Below are positions 16,680-26,129 of a DNA stretch of 64,000 nt, piece by piece. This DNA is from an uncultured Methanosarcinales archaeon (GTDB taxonomy: Archaea; Nanobdellota; Nanobdellia; Woesearchaeales; CAXGTL01). The notes under the pieces are model-generated. The model was not told the DNA's origin and ran no database searches. It saw only the letters and a list, made by a program, of their open reading frames with translations. The number at the start of each line of letters is the position of its first letter. Position 1 is the first letter of the stretch. The position numbers and the translations under genes were made by a program. The stretch spans positions 88,155 to 152,154 of the forward strand of contig CAZYAB010000002.1 of the NCBI GenBank assembly GCA_964645705.1, written 5' to 3'.

Positions 16680-17636
16680 ATGAAAAATAAAGACAAGAAA
16701 ACAATACTAATAGTAGACGATGATGAACAAGTAAGAGAAAATCTTGTTAAAGCAGCTGAAGCTCTTGATTTAGAAGTAACTGCTGCTGGAGATGGTCCTA
16801 CTGCAAAAGCATTAGCACTGAGTTGCGATTTTGACATTGCTGTTCTTGACAAGGATTTCCCCTATATAGATAATCATGTATTTAAGAATGCTGGAAATAA
16901 GATTGCAGCAATATTAAAGGAAAAGAATCCAGATATAAAACTCGCAGGATTAACATTAGGACAAGTTTCAGAGTTTTCAGAAGAATTCTTTGACATAAAA
17001 GAAAGTAAACAAACTATAAGACAAAAAGACTACAATACTTTAATCAGGACTTTATTAAATCCTTATGAAAAAAATCTAGTTACAATAAGAAAACAATACT
17101 CTGAGGCAGAGAGGTTATTCCAAGAAAGTTTTGAAGCATATCAATGTATTTCAATACTTTGCGAAGGTTATGATGTATTTACAAAAGTATTGAATAAAGA
17201 ATCTTTAGGTAGCGATTATGCGGAAATAGAACACTTGGTATCACCAGCAGTTTCTAGAAATACCAGTCATCCAACAAATATGTTAAATCTAGAAGATATT
17301 TTTAATAAAGAAACCACAGGAGATGACATACTAAGAGAAGATGGTTCTGTAAAAACACCTTATGAATTTATTTGTGAAGAAACAGATGAATTCATAGATT
17401 ATGTTGAAGAAAATTTTTCAGAATACAATAATAGAGTAATCCTATTATTAGAAAAAATAAAAGAGTTTAGACATGATAAAAACATTAAACAATTTTTTAA
17501 AGAGGTTCAAGAAAAGGATTTTGAAAGTATCAATAAAAAAAAATTTTATCAACCATTGGTTCAAATGATTAGAGATTATCATGCAAACAGCTACGGAATA
17601 CTAAATATTGTGAAAGAGGAATTAGAACATGAATAG
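16680..17636 (+). CDS. Response-regulator receiver domain protein with unknown C-terminal domain
   Basis: ILIVDDD...IAVLD...GLT receiver motifs. Confidence 0.75.
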   Translation: MKNKDKKTILIVDDDEQVRENLVKAAEALDLEVTAAGDGPTAKALALSCDFDIAVLDKDFPYIDNHVFKNAGNKIAAILKEKNPDIKLAGLTLGQVSEFSEEFFDIKESKQTIRQKDYNTLIRTLLNPYEKNLVTIRKQYSEAERLFQESFEAYQCISILCEGYDVFTKVLNKESLGSDYAEIEHLVSPAVSRNTSHPTNMLNLEDIFNKETTGDDILREDGSVKTPYEFICEETDEFIDYVEENFSEYNNRVILLLEKIKEFRHDKNIKQFFKEVQEKDFESINKKKFYQPLVQMIRDYHANSYGILNIVKEELEHE

Positions 17637-18348
17637 ACAGCATGAAATATTAATAATAGAAGATAGAGGAGAATACATAAAAGCAGCTGAAAAAGCAGCA
17701 GACCAGCTAGACATTGAAATAGTTGTATGTAGAGATTATGCTCAAGCATTAGAAGAGATTAAGATAAGACCATCAGGAATATTAACAGACATATTCTTTT
17801 TAGAAGAATTTGGCACTAATAAAAAAGACAAAGCATATGAAGTAATTGATAAGATAAAACAAGCAGTATCACACGACATAGACATAATGGGGGTTGCAAG
17901 ATATAAAGCAAGAACTGTTTATAATGCAGTCACAAAAGTTGCTGATTTATTTGGTGGAGATGTTGACTTTGTTCTTGATCAATTGCCTAATCCTGTTTTT
18001 AGCAACAGAATGAATTTAGAACAAGCACTTGTACCTGAGAAAACAAAACGTCAACGAGAATCATTAAAAGCAATTCAATCACAGCTTGATGAACAACAAC
18101 CCTTAGGAGTATTAGTAGCAGAACAAGCAAGAGAAATGGGTATACCTTATTATCTTTTATCTTCATATAATCATCATGGTGACAAACTAAAAGGAGTTAA
18201 TGCTTATCTACAAAAAGCAAGTCTAATTGTTGATGCTGTCGAATGTAATTTTGGTGATAGAGATAAACCAGAATATTGGATAGAGATATTCAACAAAATA
18301 GCAAAAGCTGTTGATGAAAAAGAGGCAATATTATACAGAAGAAGATGA
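17629..18348 (+). CDS. Receiver-like domain protein with a large internal insertion
   Basis: ILIIEDR...ILTDIFF, then about 100 aa of insertion before PLGVLVAEQA...IPYYLLSS. Confidence 0.6.
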   Translation: MNRQHEILIIEDRGEYIKAAEKAADQLDIEIVVCRDYAQALEEIKIRPSGILTDIFFLEEFGTNKKDKAYEVIDKIKQAVSHDIDIMGVARYKARTVYNAVTKVADLFGGDVDFVLDQLPNPVFSNRMNLEQALVPEKTKRQRESLKAIQSQLDEQQPLGVLVAEQAREMGIPYYLLSSYNHHGDKLKGVNAYLQKASLIVDAVECNFGDRDKPEYWIEIFNKIAKAVDEKEAILYRRR

Positions 18349-18373
18349 AGATAGAAAATATTATAGGAGGCGA

Positions 18374-18811
18374 ATGAGTATGAAAAATGATAAACAAGAC
18401 GAACAAAGAGTTGAAGTACCAAAATCACAAATACAAAAACAAATAGAAGGAATTGTTTCAGATAATAGAACATTTGAACCAATAAGAAATTTTTTCCCAG
18501 AGCACATGTATGATAATGAACTAGGTTTACAGTTTTATCTAGGTGCAATGGAAACAAGAGACAAAACACGAGACTTTGCAGAGAGTGTTGAATTTGCATA
18601 TATTCTTAGCAAGATAGTGTCAGAATTTGACAGACAAGATAGATCACTTGATTCAATTTCAAATGTTGATGAGTTTAATCAAGCATTTGATGAAATGTAC
18701 GCAAGATCAAGAGAAGATCTGGAAAGATTATATCAAAACCCAAGTTTCAAACAAACAAAAGCAGAATTTGATCAAGTAAATTACAGCATAGAAATCAAGA
18801 TAGATGCTTGA
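18374..18811 (+). CDS. Hypothetical protein
   Basis: GGAGG RBS at 18366; start at 18374 or 18380. Confidence 0.65.
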   Translation: MSMKNDKQDEQRVEVPKSQIQKQIEGIVSDNRTFEPIRNFFPEHMYDNELGLQFYLGAMETRDKTRDFAESVEFAYILSKIVSEFDRQDRSLDSISNVDEFNQAFDEMYARSREDLERLYQNPSFKQTKAEFDQVNYSIEIKIDA

Positions 18812-18836
18812 TTCATTTTGTGATGAGGGGGGAAAG

Positions 18837-19127
18837 ATGGAAAACAATATTGTTGAAACAATCAAACACATTAGCAAAGAACTAGAATCAGATGAAATGG
18901 ATGAAAGAGATAATTGGATGCAAGGTGCCACATTAGTAATCAAAGCTATAAATCTTATAAAAAAATATCCTAATATTGACGAAGATTCACTTGGCTATAA
19001 TCCAGACGCATATTTTGCAAACCAATTTTCAAAATATTGGTCAGGCGATAGAGCTGATGTTTACACAAGAAGGATTTTGATGATTGGCATGGAAAAATTA
19101 GGAGATGAGGCAATGAAAAATGCATGA
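18837..19127 (+). CDS. Hypothetical protein
   Basis: GAGGGGG RBS before ATG 18837; operonic. Confidence 0.6.
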   Translation: MENNIVETIKHISKELESDEMDERDNWMQGATLVIKAINLIKKYPNIDEDSLGYNPDAYFANQFSKYWSGDRADVYTRRILMIGMEKLGDEAMKNA

Positions 19128-19515
19128 AGAAAATAATGAAACAAATAGAACATACAGAAAAGAAAAACCAAACAAAGTACTTAAAGAAAATGATTATCTA
19201 GAAAGAGCTATAGAAAGAATATATAAACAAAAACCAGACACTCCTGAAAACTTGGTTCAAGACTTGTTCAGGATCAGAAAGATGGTAACTGATGTAGAAA
19301 CACTTGCTACAAACAGAATAAATGATTTAGCAGGAAAATACACAGAAGATTTGCAATCACAATTAGAACAAGCACATTATGTAGAAGACATACGTGATGT
19401 TGTAAAACAAATATCTAGGAGATATAGAGAAGTTGTGTATGCACTTGCAGAACAACTAGGACTTTGTAAAGAAAAAATTAGCAAACTCGATGATGTCTCT
19501 TTTGAAGAATACTAA
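19120..19515 (+). CDS. Hypothetical helical protein
   Basis: 131-aa ORF overlapping the previous stop. Confidence 0.65.
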   Translation: MHEENNETNRTYRKEKPNKVLKENDYLERAIERIYKQKPDTPENLVQDLFRIRKMVTDVETLATNRINDLAGKYTEDLQSQLEQAHYVEDIRDVVKQISRRYREVVYALAEQLGLCKEKISKLDDVSFEEY

Positions 19516-19642
19516 ATTAGTAACCAACCAGTAGTAAAATAAGCGAAAGATTTATAAAGGGGAAATCACCTCCCTATATTATAAAAAAGGGTTCTGGTGA
19601 TTTCACATATTATTGTATAAAAATATGTGGGGTATAAATAAA

Positions 19643-20302
19643 ATGAAAACAATAGGAAAAATTGCAACAATAGGAGCATTAGTAACTAGTTTACTATGTG
19701 CAGCACCAAGAACAGAAGCAGAAGAAATCATAAGTTTCACTGTTGAAGGTGAAAAACAAGAAAGACAAGTTGATCTAGAAACAATAGATGAAAAAATCAA
19801 TGAATTACAAGAAAAGTATGCACAAGCTTCAACACAAGAAGAGAAAAAATTCTATGAAAAAGAATTAGAAATATATAAAGGTATTAAAGGAATAGGGGCT
19901 GTGATGAGAGGATTAGGAGAAATCTTTGGTACAGTTGCCCAAGTTGTAGTAGGAGTTGCAGGAACAGAACAAGATCCAAATGTTTCTGTAAAAAGACAAC
20001 AACAAACATATCAAACAGAGCTTAAATTACTAGCATCACAATATCTTGATCAATTACTTAATGTTACAAATAGAAAAAAAGCAAAGAACTTGATATCAAT
20101 GTATGGACATAATTTTCAACAAGAAGCACAACAAAGTACAGGATTAGGAAGCGAAGTATTACCAAGTAATTGTGATTTTAGACCTGGAAGAATAAGAAAA
20201 GCAATGGAATATCTTGTTAATGAAGTACAAAGAAGATATTCACAAGAAGAAATTGATGATTTAAAAGATTCAAACCCAGGAATACAAGCATTATATGAAT
20301 AA
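19643..20302 (+). CDS. Secreted hypothetical protein, paralog of 25409..26128
   Basis: Signal peptide MKTIGKIATIGALVTSLLCAAP; C-terminal NPGIQALY motif shared with the paralog. Confidence 0.7.
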   Translation: MKTIGKIATIGALVTSLLCAAPRTEAEEIISFTVEGEKQERQVDLETIDEKINELQEKYAQASTQEEKKFYEKELEIYKGIKGIGAVMRGLGEIFGTVAQVVVGVAGTEQDPNVSVKRQQQTYQTELKLLASQYLDQLLNVTNRKKAKNLISMYGHNFQQEAQQSTGLGSEVLPSNCDFRPGRIRKAMEYLVNEVQRRYSQEEIDDLKDSNPGIQALYE

Positions 20303-20322
20303 GAACAAGGAGGCAACACAAA

Positions 20323-20484
20323 ATGGCAAAGATAAAATATTTGGAATTAACAGAACCTTTGAGACCAGTATCTACTGCTTTTGACCAAGATAATGATAAG
20401 TATACAATATTTCAAGACTTAAATTATTATGGATCAATGGCTGATAGACCTATATTTTCAAGGGTTATAGATGATAGTGAATAA
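20323..20484 (+). CDS. Small hypothetical protein, 53 aa (not in the ORF track)
   Basis: GGAGG RBS at 20309. Reads MAKIKYLELTEPLRPVSTAFDQDNDKYTIFQDLNYYGSMADRPIFSRVIDDSE*. Confidence 0.6.
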   Translation: MAKIKYLELTEPLRPVSTAFDQDNDKYTIFQDLNYYGSMADRPIFSRVIDDSE

Positions 20485-20505
20485 TTTTTTTATTTTATTT
20501 TTTTT
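20485..20505 (+). terminator. U-rich terminator-like tract
   Basis: About 20 nt of nearly pure T directly after the stop codon. Confidence 0.5.
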
Positions 20506-20527
20506 AATATAAAAATTAAACTCAAAA

Positions 20528-22747
20528 ATGAATACAACTTCAGAACAAAAATCCTCAACATCTCATCTTGAAGGATTTTTAAGAAAAATAGATCAACTTA
20601 GTATTTTACAAACTCCTGCTAATGAACTTAGAGATTATGATCCTGAACTTGAAGAAACTAATGAAGACTTGCTTAGACAAGAAGCATCTGAATTAGAAAG
20701 AAAAGTATCTGAATTATTAGAACTTGAACCTAATTCTAAAGATATTGCAACATATATTATAAAAAATGGTCTAGATCCAGAATTATTCATGGATTTGATT
20801 GAACAAAAATATACTGATTTTAAAACATTAAAAGGGGGTAATAGCAGGTCTTGTTTTGAAGCAAAATGGGGTGCTCATGAATTAGTTTTCAAATTTGATG
20901 TTTTGCATGATTATGATAATGATGATAATAGGGGCGGAACAAACATAGATGAAATAGAAGCATTATTACACTTGCCCGATCCAGAATTACATAACATAGT
21001 TGAGATGAAGGGTTTTATTGATCTAACAAAATATAATGGAAAAGGTTATTTAACTATTGAAAAAAAGTTTGATGGTGTTTCTTTATTTGATTATGTTCAA
21101 GAACATGGACCACTATCTGCAAAACAATTTGAACAATTAGTTCCAGAAGTTTTAAAAGCACTTAGTCATTCATATGCAAAAGAATACAAAGGCAGACCAA
21201 AACCACAGATTCTTCACAGAGATTTTCATGCAGGAAACATACTTATAAAGTGTGAGTATAATGAAAACATAAATCCAATTTTTCGTGATGAAAGTGTACT
21301 TTGGGTTCGTGGTAGTGAAGACATAAAAGAAGTTAGAATAACAGATTTTGCAACAGCTTCAAAAAGCGAAGATTTAGAATCTAAGACAGAACAAAGCGTT
21401 ACAATACATGCTTTATCAATACAAGATCCATTATTAAGTTATACTTTTACAAGAAAAGAAACAAAATATTCCCCAGCTTCACAACTTTATGAACTAGGTG
21501 TTGATCTTTATTATTCTTTGACAAAAAGATCAATATTTACATTTAATTCAAAACAAAAGATTGCAGAAGTTAAAAAGACTGGTGAAAGTTTATTGAACGA
21601 AGACGGAACATTGAACATAGATCTTTATGAAAAAGCATTAGATAATGCTTTAGACAAACTTCCAGATGAAGTAAAAGCATATAAAGATATATTATTTAAT
21701 CTTTTAAGCTTAAAACAAAGAGTAGATGATCCAGAAATAAACCCTAATTATGATTCTGAAAATCCTTTTGATGATTTAATTGAAGATTTTAAACAAACAA
21801 AACAACTCAATTATGATGCTAATCTTGCTAAAATTAGAGAAAAGGCAGAAAAGGATAAATTAGAGTTAGAAAATATAACAAAACCAATATATGAAAAACA
21901 ACCTTTTTACAAAAGATTATTAGGAAATAAGTTTGCACTTGCAACTGGCGCGCTTGGTTTGATAGGATTGTTAGTGTTTGGAAGAGGCATGTATGCTGGT
22001 AAAGAAACAAAAGTTTTTGAACATCCGCCAATTGCAGCACAAACAGAAAAACAACCAGAAGAACAACAAGAAGAAAACATGCCAATTGCCGAACAACCAG
22101 CACAACCAGAAGAAAACATAATACCAGAACAAATAAGAGAACCAGAACAAGAAAATAAAAAACCACAAATGAATACACAAAAATTAAGTCTTGAAAACAA
22201 GATTCAAAATGGTGCTTATGTTGATGTTAATAATGGTGATTGGAGATATGTAAAGAGTTATTTTGATTATGATTTGCAAACTAATTTAAATAAGCATCAA
22301 CACAAATCTAATGGTACTATAATTGATGTCACTGATCTTAATATTGTGAAAGATACTTTTATTCCAACAGCAGTTAATGAGATTAAAAACAATGCTTATG
22401 TTGATGTTAAGAATAGTGATTGGAAATATGTAAAGAGTTATTTTGATTATGATTTGCAAACTAATTTAAATAAGCATCAACACAAATCTAATGGTACTAT
22501 AATTGATGTCACTGATCTTAATATTGTGAAAGATACTTTTATTCCAACAGGAGTTAATGAGATTAAAGAGCACGCATATATTGATACTAAGAATGGTGAT
22601 TGGAAACCTGTAAAGAATTATTTTGATTATGATTTTAATACTCATTTATACAAGTATCAGCACAAAGAAAATGGTTCTATAATTGAAGTTACTGATCTTA
22701 ATATTGTGAAAAGATTTACAATACCAACTAATGTAACTGCAAACTAA
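20528..22747 (+). CDS. Membrane-anchored Hanks-type Ser/Thr protein kinase with repeated extracellular domain
   Basis: LKGGNS, VFK, DEIEAL, HRDFHAGNILI and ITDFA motifs; TM FALATGALGLIGLLVFG; PEQ-rich linker; three 60-aa repeats. Confidence 0.85.
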   Translation: MNTTSEQKSSTSHLEGFLRKIDQLSILQTPANELRDYDPELEETNEDLLRQEASELERKVSELLELEPNSKDIATYIIKNGLDPELFMDLIEQKYTDFKTLKGGNSRSCFEAKWGAHELVFKFDVLHDYDNDDNRGGTNIDEIEALLHLPDPELHNIVEMKGFIDLTKYNGKGYLTIEKKFDGVSLFDYVQEHGPLSAKQFEQLVPEVLKALSHSYAKEYKGRPKPQILHRDFHAGNILIKCEYNENINPIFRDESVLWVRGSEDIKEVRITDFATASKSEDLESKTEQSVTIHALSIQDPLLSYTFTRKETKYSPASQLYELGVDLYYSLTKRSIFTFNSKQKIAEVKKTGESLLNEDGTLNIDLYEKALDNALDKLPDEVKAYKDILFNLLSLKQRVDDPEINPNYDSENPFDDLIEDFKQTKQLNYDANLAKIREKAEKDKLELENITKPIYEKQPFYKRLLGNKFALATGALGLIGLLVFGRGMYAGKETKVFEHPPIAAQTEKQPEEQQEENMPIAEQPAQPEENIIPEQIREPEQENKKPQMNTQKLSLENKIQNGAYVDVNNGDWRYVKSYFDYDLQTNLNKHQHKSNGTIIDVTDLNIVKDTFIPTAVNEIKNNAYVDVKNSDWKYVKSYFDYDLQTNLNKHQHKSNGTIIDVTDLNIVKDTFIPTGVNEIKEHAYIDTKNGDWKPVKNYFDYDFNTHLYKYQHKENGSIIEVTDLNIVKRFTIPTNVTAN
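22201..22740 (+). repeat. Three tandem 180-bp intragenic repeats
   Basis: Units start at 22201, 22381 and 22561. 22261-22320 is identical to 22441-22500; the third unit is more diverged. Confidence 0.95.
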
Positions 22748-23661
22748 CTCTTAATTATACCAATCAATGCACTGCTGCAATGATAAAACATTCTTATTGT
22801 ATTAATTAAATAATGAATTACAGGTTTTTCATTGTCTTTTTTAGAATCAAGGCTTTTTATGCCAAACTTGAATGCATAAGTAGTCTCAATGTTATGTATG
22901 TCTTTAACAATATTCAAATCTTTTGTAACATAAAGTGAATGTAATTTATCTAATTGTTCTTTAGAAGCTTTTAATAGTTTTCTGATGTCTGAATTCATTT
23001 TTATCTTGTTTCTATAAACATGATCATTAAGAAAACCAAGATTTCTTACTGCGAGTGTTATGTTTGATAAGAATAACCAATAAATAGGTGCAAGTTTAGT
23101 AGAAAATAGACCTTTTGAAATACATCTTCTTAAGAAATTAGCATATTTATGAACACTTATTGCAAGTTCTTCTGCTTCTTTGAATTCTTGTCTTTTCCTT
23201 TTTGTGATATTGGTTTCTAATATTCTTATTATTTCTTTTAAAATAAAGAATTCTTTGTTAATTATAGTATTAAAATTCTCAATACTTGGCTCTGTTATTG
23301 ATTCTATAACGCAATCTTTGTCAGATCTTGATTTTATGTCAAAACCTATGATTCCTGTTTCAACTGTTTTTTTGATTGTTTTTAGTGCTTTTTTATCTTC
23401 AAATTTAATAGTAATTTTGTCATATCCTTGCCTGTAAAGGTTGACAATCACTCTTCGTATGATGCTCTGTTCTGATATTGGCAATTTAACTGTTGTTTCT
23501 AATCTTTGTTTTTTTTTCTTTGACTCAATCACTAGTTTATTATTCTCTTCATCGACGTCAACTTCGTCTCCTGCTTTTAATCCAATCTTATTAATCCACT
23601 TCTTAGGAACATAGATTGTCAAGCCACCGCCTCCGCCTTGCTTGATCAATTTTCTTTTCAT
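22744..23661 (-). CDS. AbrB-PhoU-like regulator (paralog 3)
   Basis: MKRKLIKQGGGGGLTIYVPKKWI...GDEV and LYRQGYDKITI; closely similar to 1279..2211. Confidence 0.8.
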   Translation of the reverse strand: MKRKLIKQGGGGGLTIYVPKKWINKIGLKAGDEVDVDEENNKLVIESKKKKQRLETTVKLPISEQSIIRRVIVNLYRQGYDKITIKFEDKKALKTIKKTVETGIIGFDIKSRSDKDCVIESITEPSIENFNTIINKEFFILKEIIRILETNITKRKRQEFKEAEELAISVHKYANFLRRCISKGLFSTKLAPIYWLFLSNITLAVRNLGFLNDHVYRNKIKMNSDIRKLLKASKEQLDKLHSLYVTKDLNIVKDIHNIETTYAFKFGIKSLDSKKDNEKPVIHYLINTIRMFYHCSSALIGIIKS

Positions 23662-23704
23662 ATCCTATGGTATATCTTGCTTATTTATATACTTTTCGGT
23701 TATC

Positions 23705-23752
23705 ATATTCATCATATCTTTCATATCAGTAGGATATTAATAATTGTTTTAC
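23705..23752 (+). promoter_or_regulatory. Operator plus TATA-like module, copy E
   Basis: TCATATCAGTAGGATATTAATAATTGTTTTAC closely matches TCATATCAGCAAGATATTAATAATTTATTTAC at 2272-2303. Confidence 0.65.
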
Positions 23753-23830
23753 TATCCTTACTAAATATAACCATAAAAAAGAGTTCTCAGAATAACCCCA
23801 AACAATCACAAAAAAAGAGGGTGATGGTAG

Positions 23831-24055
23831 ATGGAGATGATGACTATGTCAAGATACAAAACAAAACATACAGGCATGAAAACAATAATACTGTCTGCAA
23901 TAGGGGCATATGCACTAACTAAATTTATGTGTCCTGATTTTGATATCCTTCCTGATTTTAATTATGATAAATCAACAGAAGTGTATCAAACAAGACAAGC
24001 ACAAGAATTCCAACATCCTGTGATTGGAATCACAACTGAGCATAATAGAGGTTAA
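23831..24055 (+). CDS. Small membrane-anchored or secreted hypothetical protein
   Basis: Hydrophobic TIILSAIGAYAL segment; first gene of the long + strand array. Confidence 0.55.
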   Translation: MEMMTMSRYKTKHTGMKTIILSAIGAYALTKFMCPDFDILPDFNYDKSTEVYQTRQAQEFQHPVIGITTEHNRG

Positions 24056-24059
24056 TAAA

Positions 24060-24953
24060 ATGAATAATAAAAATAAACTAACTTTAGGAGCAATTTTATT
24101 AGGATCAATGTATTTTTTAAATCCTTTTTCAACACCTGTTAGAGCCCAGGAATTACATATGAATGGCGAATATTCTGGAGAAAAAGTAACAATACAACAA
24201 CCACAAGTACCAAAAACACAACAATCAGTAGATAATGTTATTGAAAGAACAGAAGCAATAAAAGAATATAATCGAATGAATGATTTATTCCAATCTCATG
24301 TATTTGGTGATGGCTATACAAAAGAGAATCCTGCTTGGGGTTCTATTTATGAAAGATTGCACACTGCTGTGAAAAGAAAACGTAAGCAAGATGATCTTGA
24401 TTATAAAGTAGATGGTAATACAAGTCAAAATGATTTGAATTTTTTGGTTGACCACATGGATGATGATATAAGTAATTTTAATTTGGATAAAATAAAAAAT
24501 AGAACAAGAATGTTCAAACTTGCTTATGTAGTAAGAGATAAGACAGAGTTTAACAAAGAACTAAACAAATATCGCAAAGCTGTTAATTTTTTCAAACTAA
24601 ATCTTTATGGAAATGGTTGCGAAGAGTTTCCTGGTTTTGGTTCTATTGCTGAAAGATATTTAAGACTTAGATCAGAAGGAAACTTGCTAAGATATGGAAT
24701 TGTTCTAAATAATCATGAATTTAGATTTTTGATAGATCACAAAGATGATAATGCTAATCATCTTGGCATAAGAGAAATTCAAAAAAGAACAGACTTGTAT
24801 GAAGAAGCAAATGTAATCAAACACAAAAACAAGTCTGAAAGAAACAAAGAAAGAATTAAGAACGGCTTGAAAGAAGCAGGTGACAAAGTAAAAAAGATTG
24901 CACCTGTGTATAAAGACCTAAAAAAAGCAAAAGAGATTACAGGCGGACTTTAA
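24060..24953 (+). CDS. Secreted hypothetical protein with two internal ~90-aa repeats
   Basis: Signal peptide. Repeated pattern FGDG...WGSIYER...FLVDHMDD...RT and YGNG...FGSIAER...FLIDHKDD...RT. Confidence 0.7.
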   Translation: MNNKNKLTLGAILLGSMYFLNPFSTPVRAQELHMNGEYSGEKVTIQQPQVPKTQQSVDNVIERTEAIKEYNRMNDLFQSHVFGDGYTKENPAWGSIYERLHTAVKRKRKQDDLDYKVDGNTSQNDLNFLVDHMDDDISNFNLDKIKNRTRMFKLAYVVRDKTEFNKELNKYRKAVNFFKLNLYGNGCEEFPGFGSIAERYLRLRSEGNLLRYGIVLNNHEFRFLIDHKDDNANHLGIREIQKRTDLYEEANVIKHKNKSERNKERIKNGLKEAGDKVKKIAPVYKDLKKAKEITGGL

Positions 24954-24965
24954 GAGGTTAAGAAA

Positions 24966-25412
24966 ATGAATGAACTAGAAAAAATAATGTCAAAACATAA
25001 AGAACCTGAACAATCACAACAAACGCAAGAATCTCTATACAAACCAAAATTTGATGCGTTTGGTATTATGGCAGTAGGTCTTGCATCAACATTATTAACA
25101 ATCTTTGGGCTTTGCATTGGAATTGAAATGTATGAAACAAAAAGATTTAACAGAGAAACACCTATCAATGATTCTCTTTGGGATCTGAGGTTTGCACGAG
25201 CAGATGACAGCTATGATTTAGTTAATACGTATATGAATAGAGATTCAGGTGAAATTATTTATATTAATGAGTCTCAGAGAATAGTTTCTTCTGATGCTCC
25301 AGAAGGTGTAAAAAACAGTACCAAGGGCAGATATGTTTCTAAAGAAGAATTGTACAATGATTGGCAATATGTTGGTCAAGAAAAACAAACTAAGGAGAGT
25401 GAAACAAAATGA
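24966..25412 (+). CDS. Single-TM protein with one copy of the kinase-ectodomain-like module
   Basis: TM helix, then YMNRDSGEIIYIN...P.GV....GRYV....YNDW. Confidence 0.7.
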   Translation: MNELEKIMSKHKEPEQSQQTQESLYKPKFDAFGIMAVGLASTLLTIFGLCIGIEMYETKRFNRETPINDSLWDLRFARADDSYDLVNTYMNRDSGEIIYINESQRIVSSDAPEGVKNSTKGRYVSKEELYNDWQYVGQEKQTKESETK

Positions 25413-26128
25413 GTTTAACAAAAATATTAACAACAACAGCATTAGTAGGAGGTATGATGTTTAACTATTTAGTTAAACCAGTTTTGGCAATTAACAATAA
25501 AGCAAAACAAGCACAAGAAACTGTAATTGATTATAATGCTGAATTAAAAAGATTAGATGAATTATATGAAAAAGCAACAACAGATGATCAAAGATCTAAG
25601 ATAGATGAACTAAGAACAAGATATCAAAGCATTAAATCATTAAATGAAGAACTTAGTGAATTAGAAACATCAATAAGCACAGACACACAAGAAACACTAG
25701 CAACACAAGCAGAAATATTGCCACAAGAAGCAGGACAATTAGATGAAATTACAACAAACGACATACCTCATTATGAAGTTCCTGTGCATAATCTAGCACA
25801 TCATTATTTAAAACAAATAATGAATATACCAGAACAACCTCTTGCAACATCACCAAGTCATAATTTCTATTTAAAAAGAAATGTTGCAGACATGCTCATT
25901 GCATCATATGCATGCGAGCTACAGCACGGAAAAAATGTAGAAAAAGATGGAGACACAATTATTGTCAGAATGAGAGGACATGTTTCTGGAAATTATATTC
26001 AAAAAGCAAGACGTAAGCTAAAGCAAGCAGTAGAATCAATCTACACACTTGAACAAATACAAGATCTTGCAAATGCAAACCCGGGAATTAGTACACTATA
26101 TCCTGGAACATTTATAGGAGGCGAATAA
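25409..26128 (+). CDS. Secreted hypothetical protein, paralog of 19643..20302
   Basis: Signal-like N-terminus; LAHHYLKQIMNI and YTLEQIQDLANANPGISTLY motifs. Confidence 0.7.
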   Translation: MSLTKILTTTALVGGMMFNYLVKPVLAINNKAKQAQETVIDYNAELKRLDELYEKATTDDQRSKIDELRTRYQSIKSLNEELSELETSISTDTQETLATQAEILPQEAGQLDEITTNDIPHYEVPVHNLAHHYLKQIMNIPEQPLATSPSHNFYLKRNVADMLIASYACELQHGKNVEKDGDTIIVRMRGHVSGNYIQKARRKLKQAVESIYTLEQIQDLANANPGISTLYPGTFIGGE

Positions 26129-26129
26129 A

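Noticed and set aside
22201..22740. Long direct repeats as a CRISPR array or a DGR template/variable pair
   Set aside because: They are in-frame 180-bp tandem units with no spacers. Differences are not confined to adenines, and no cas or reverse transcriptase gene is in the window.
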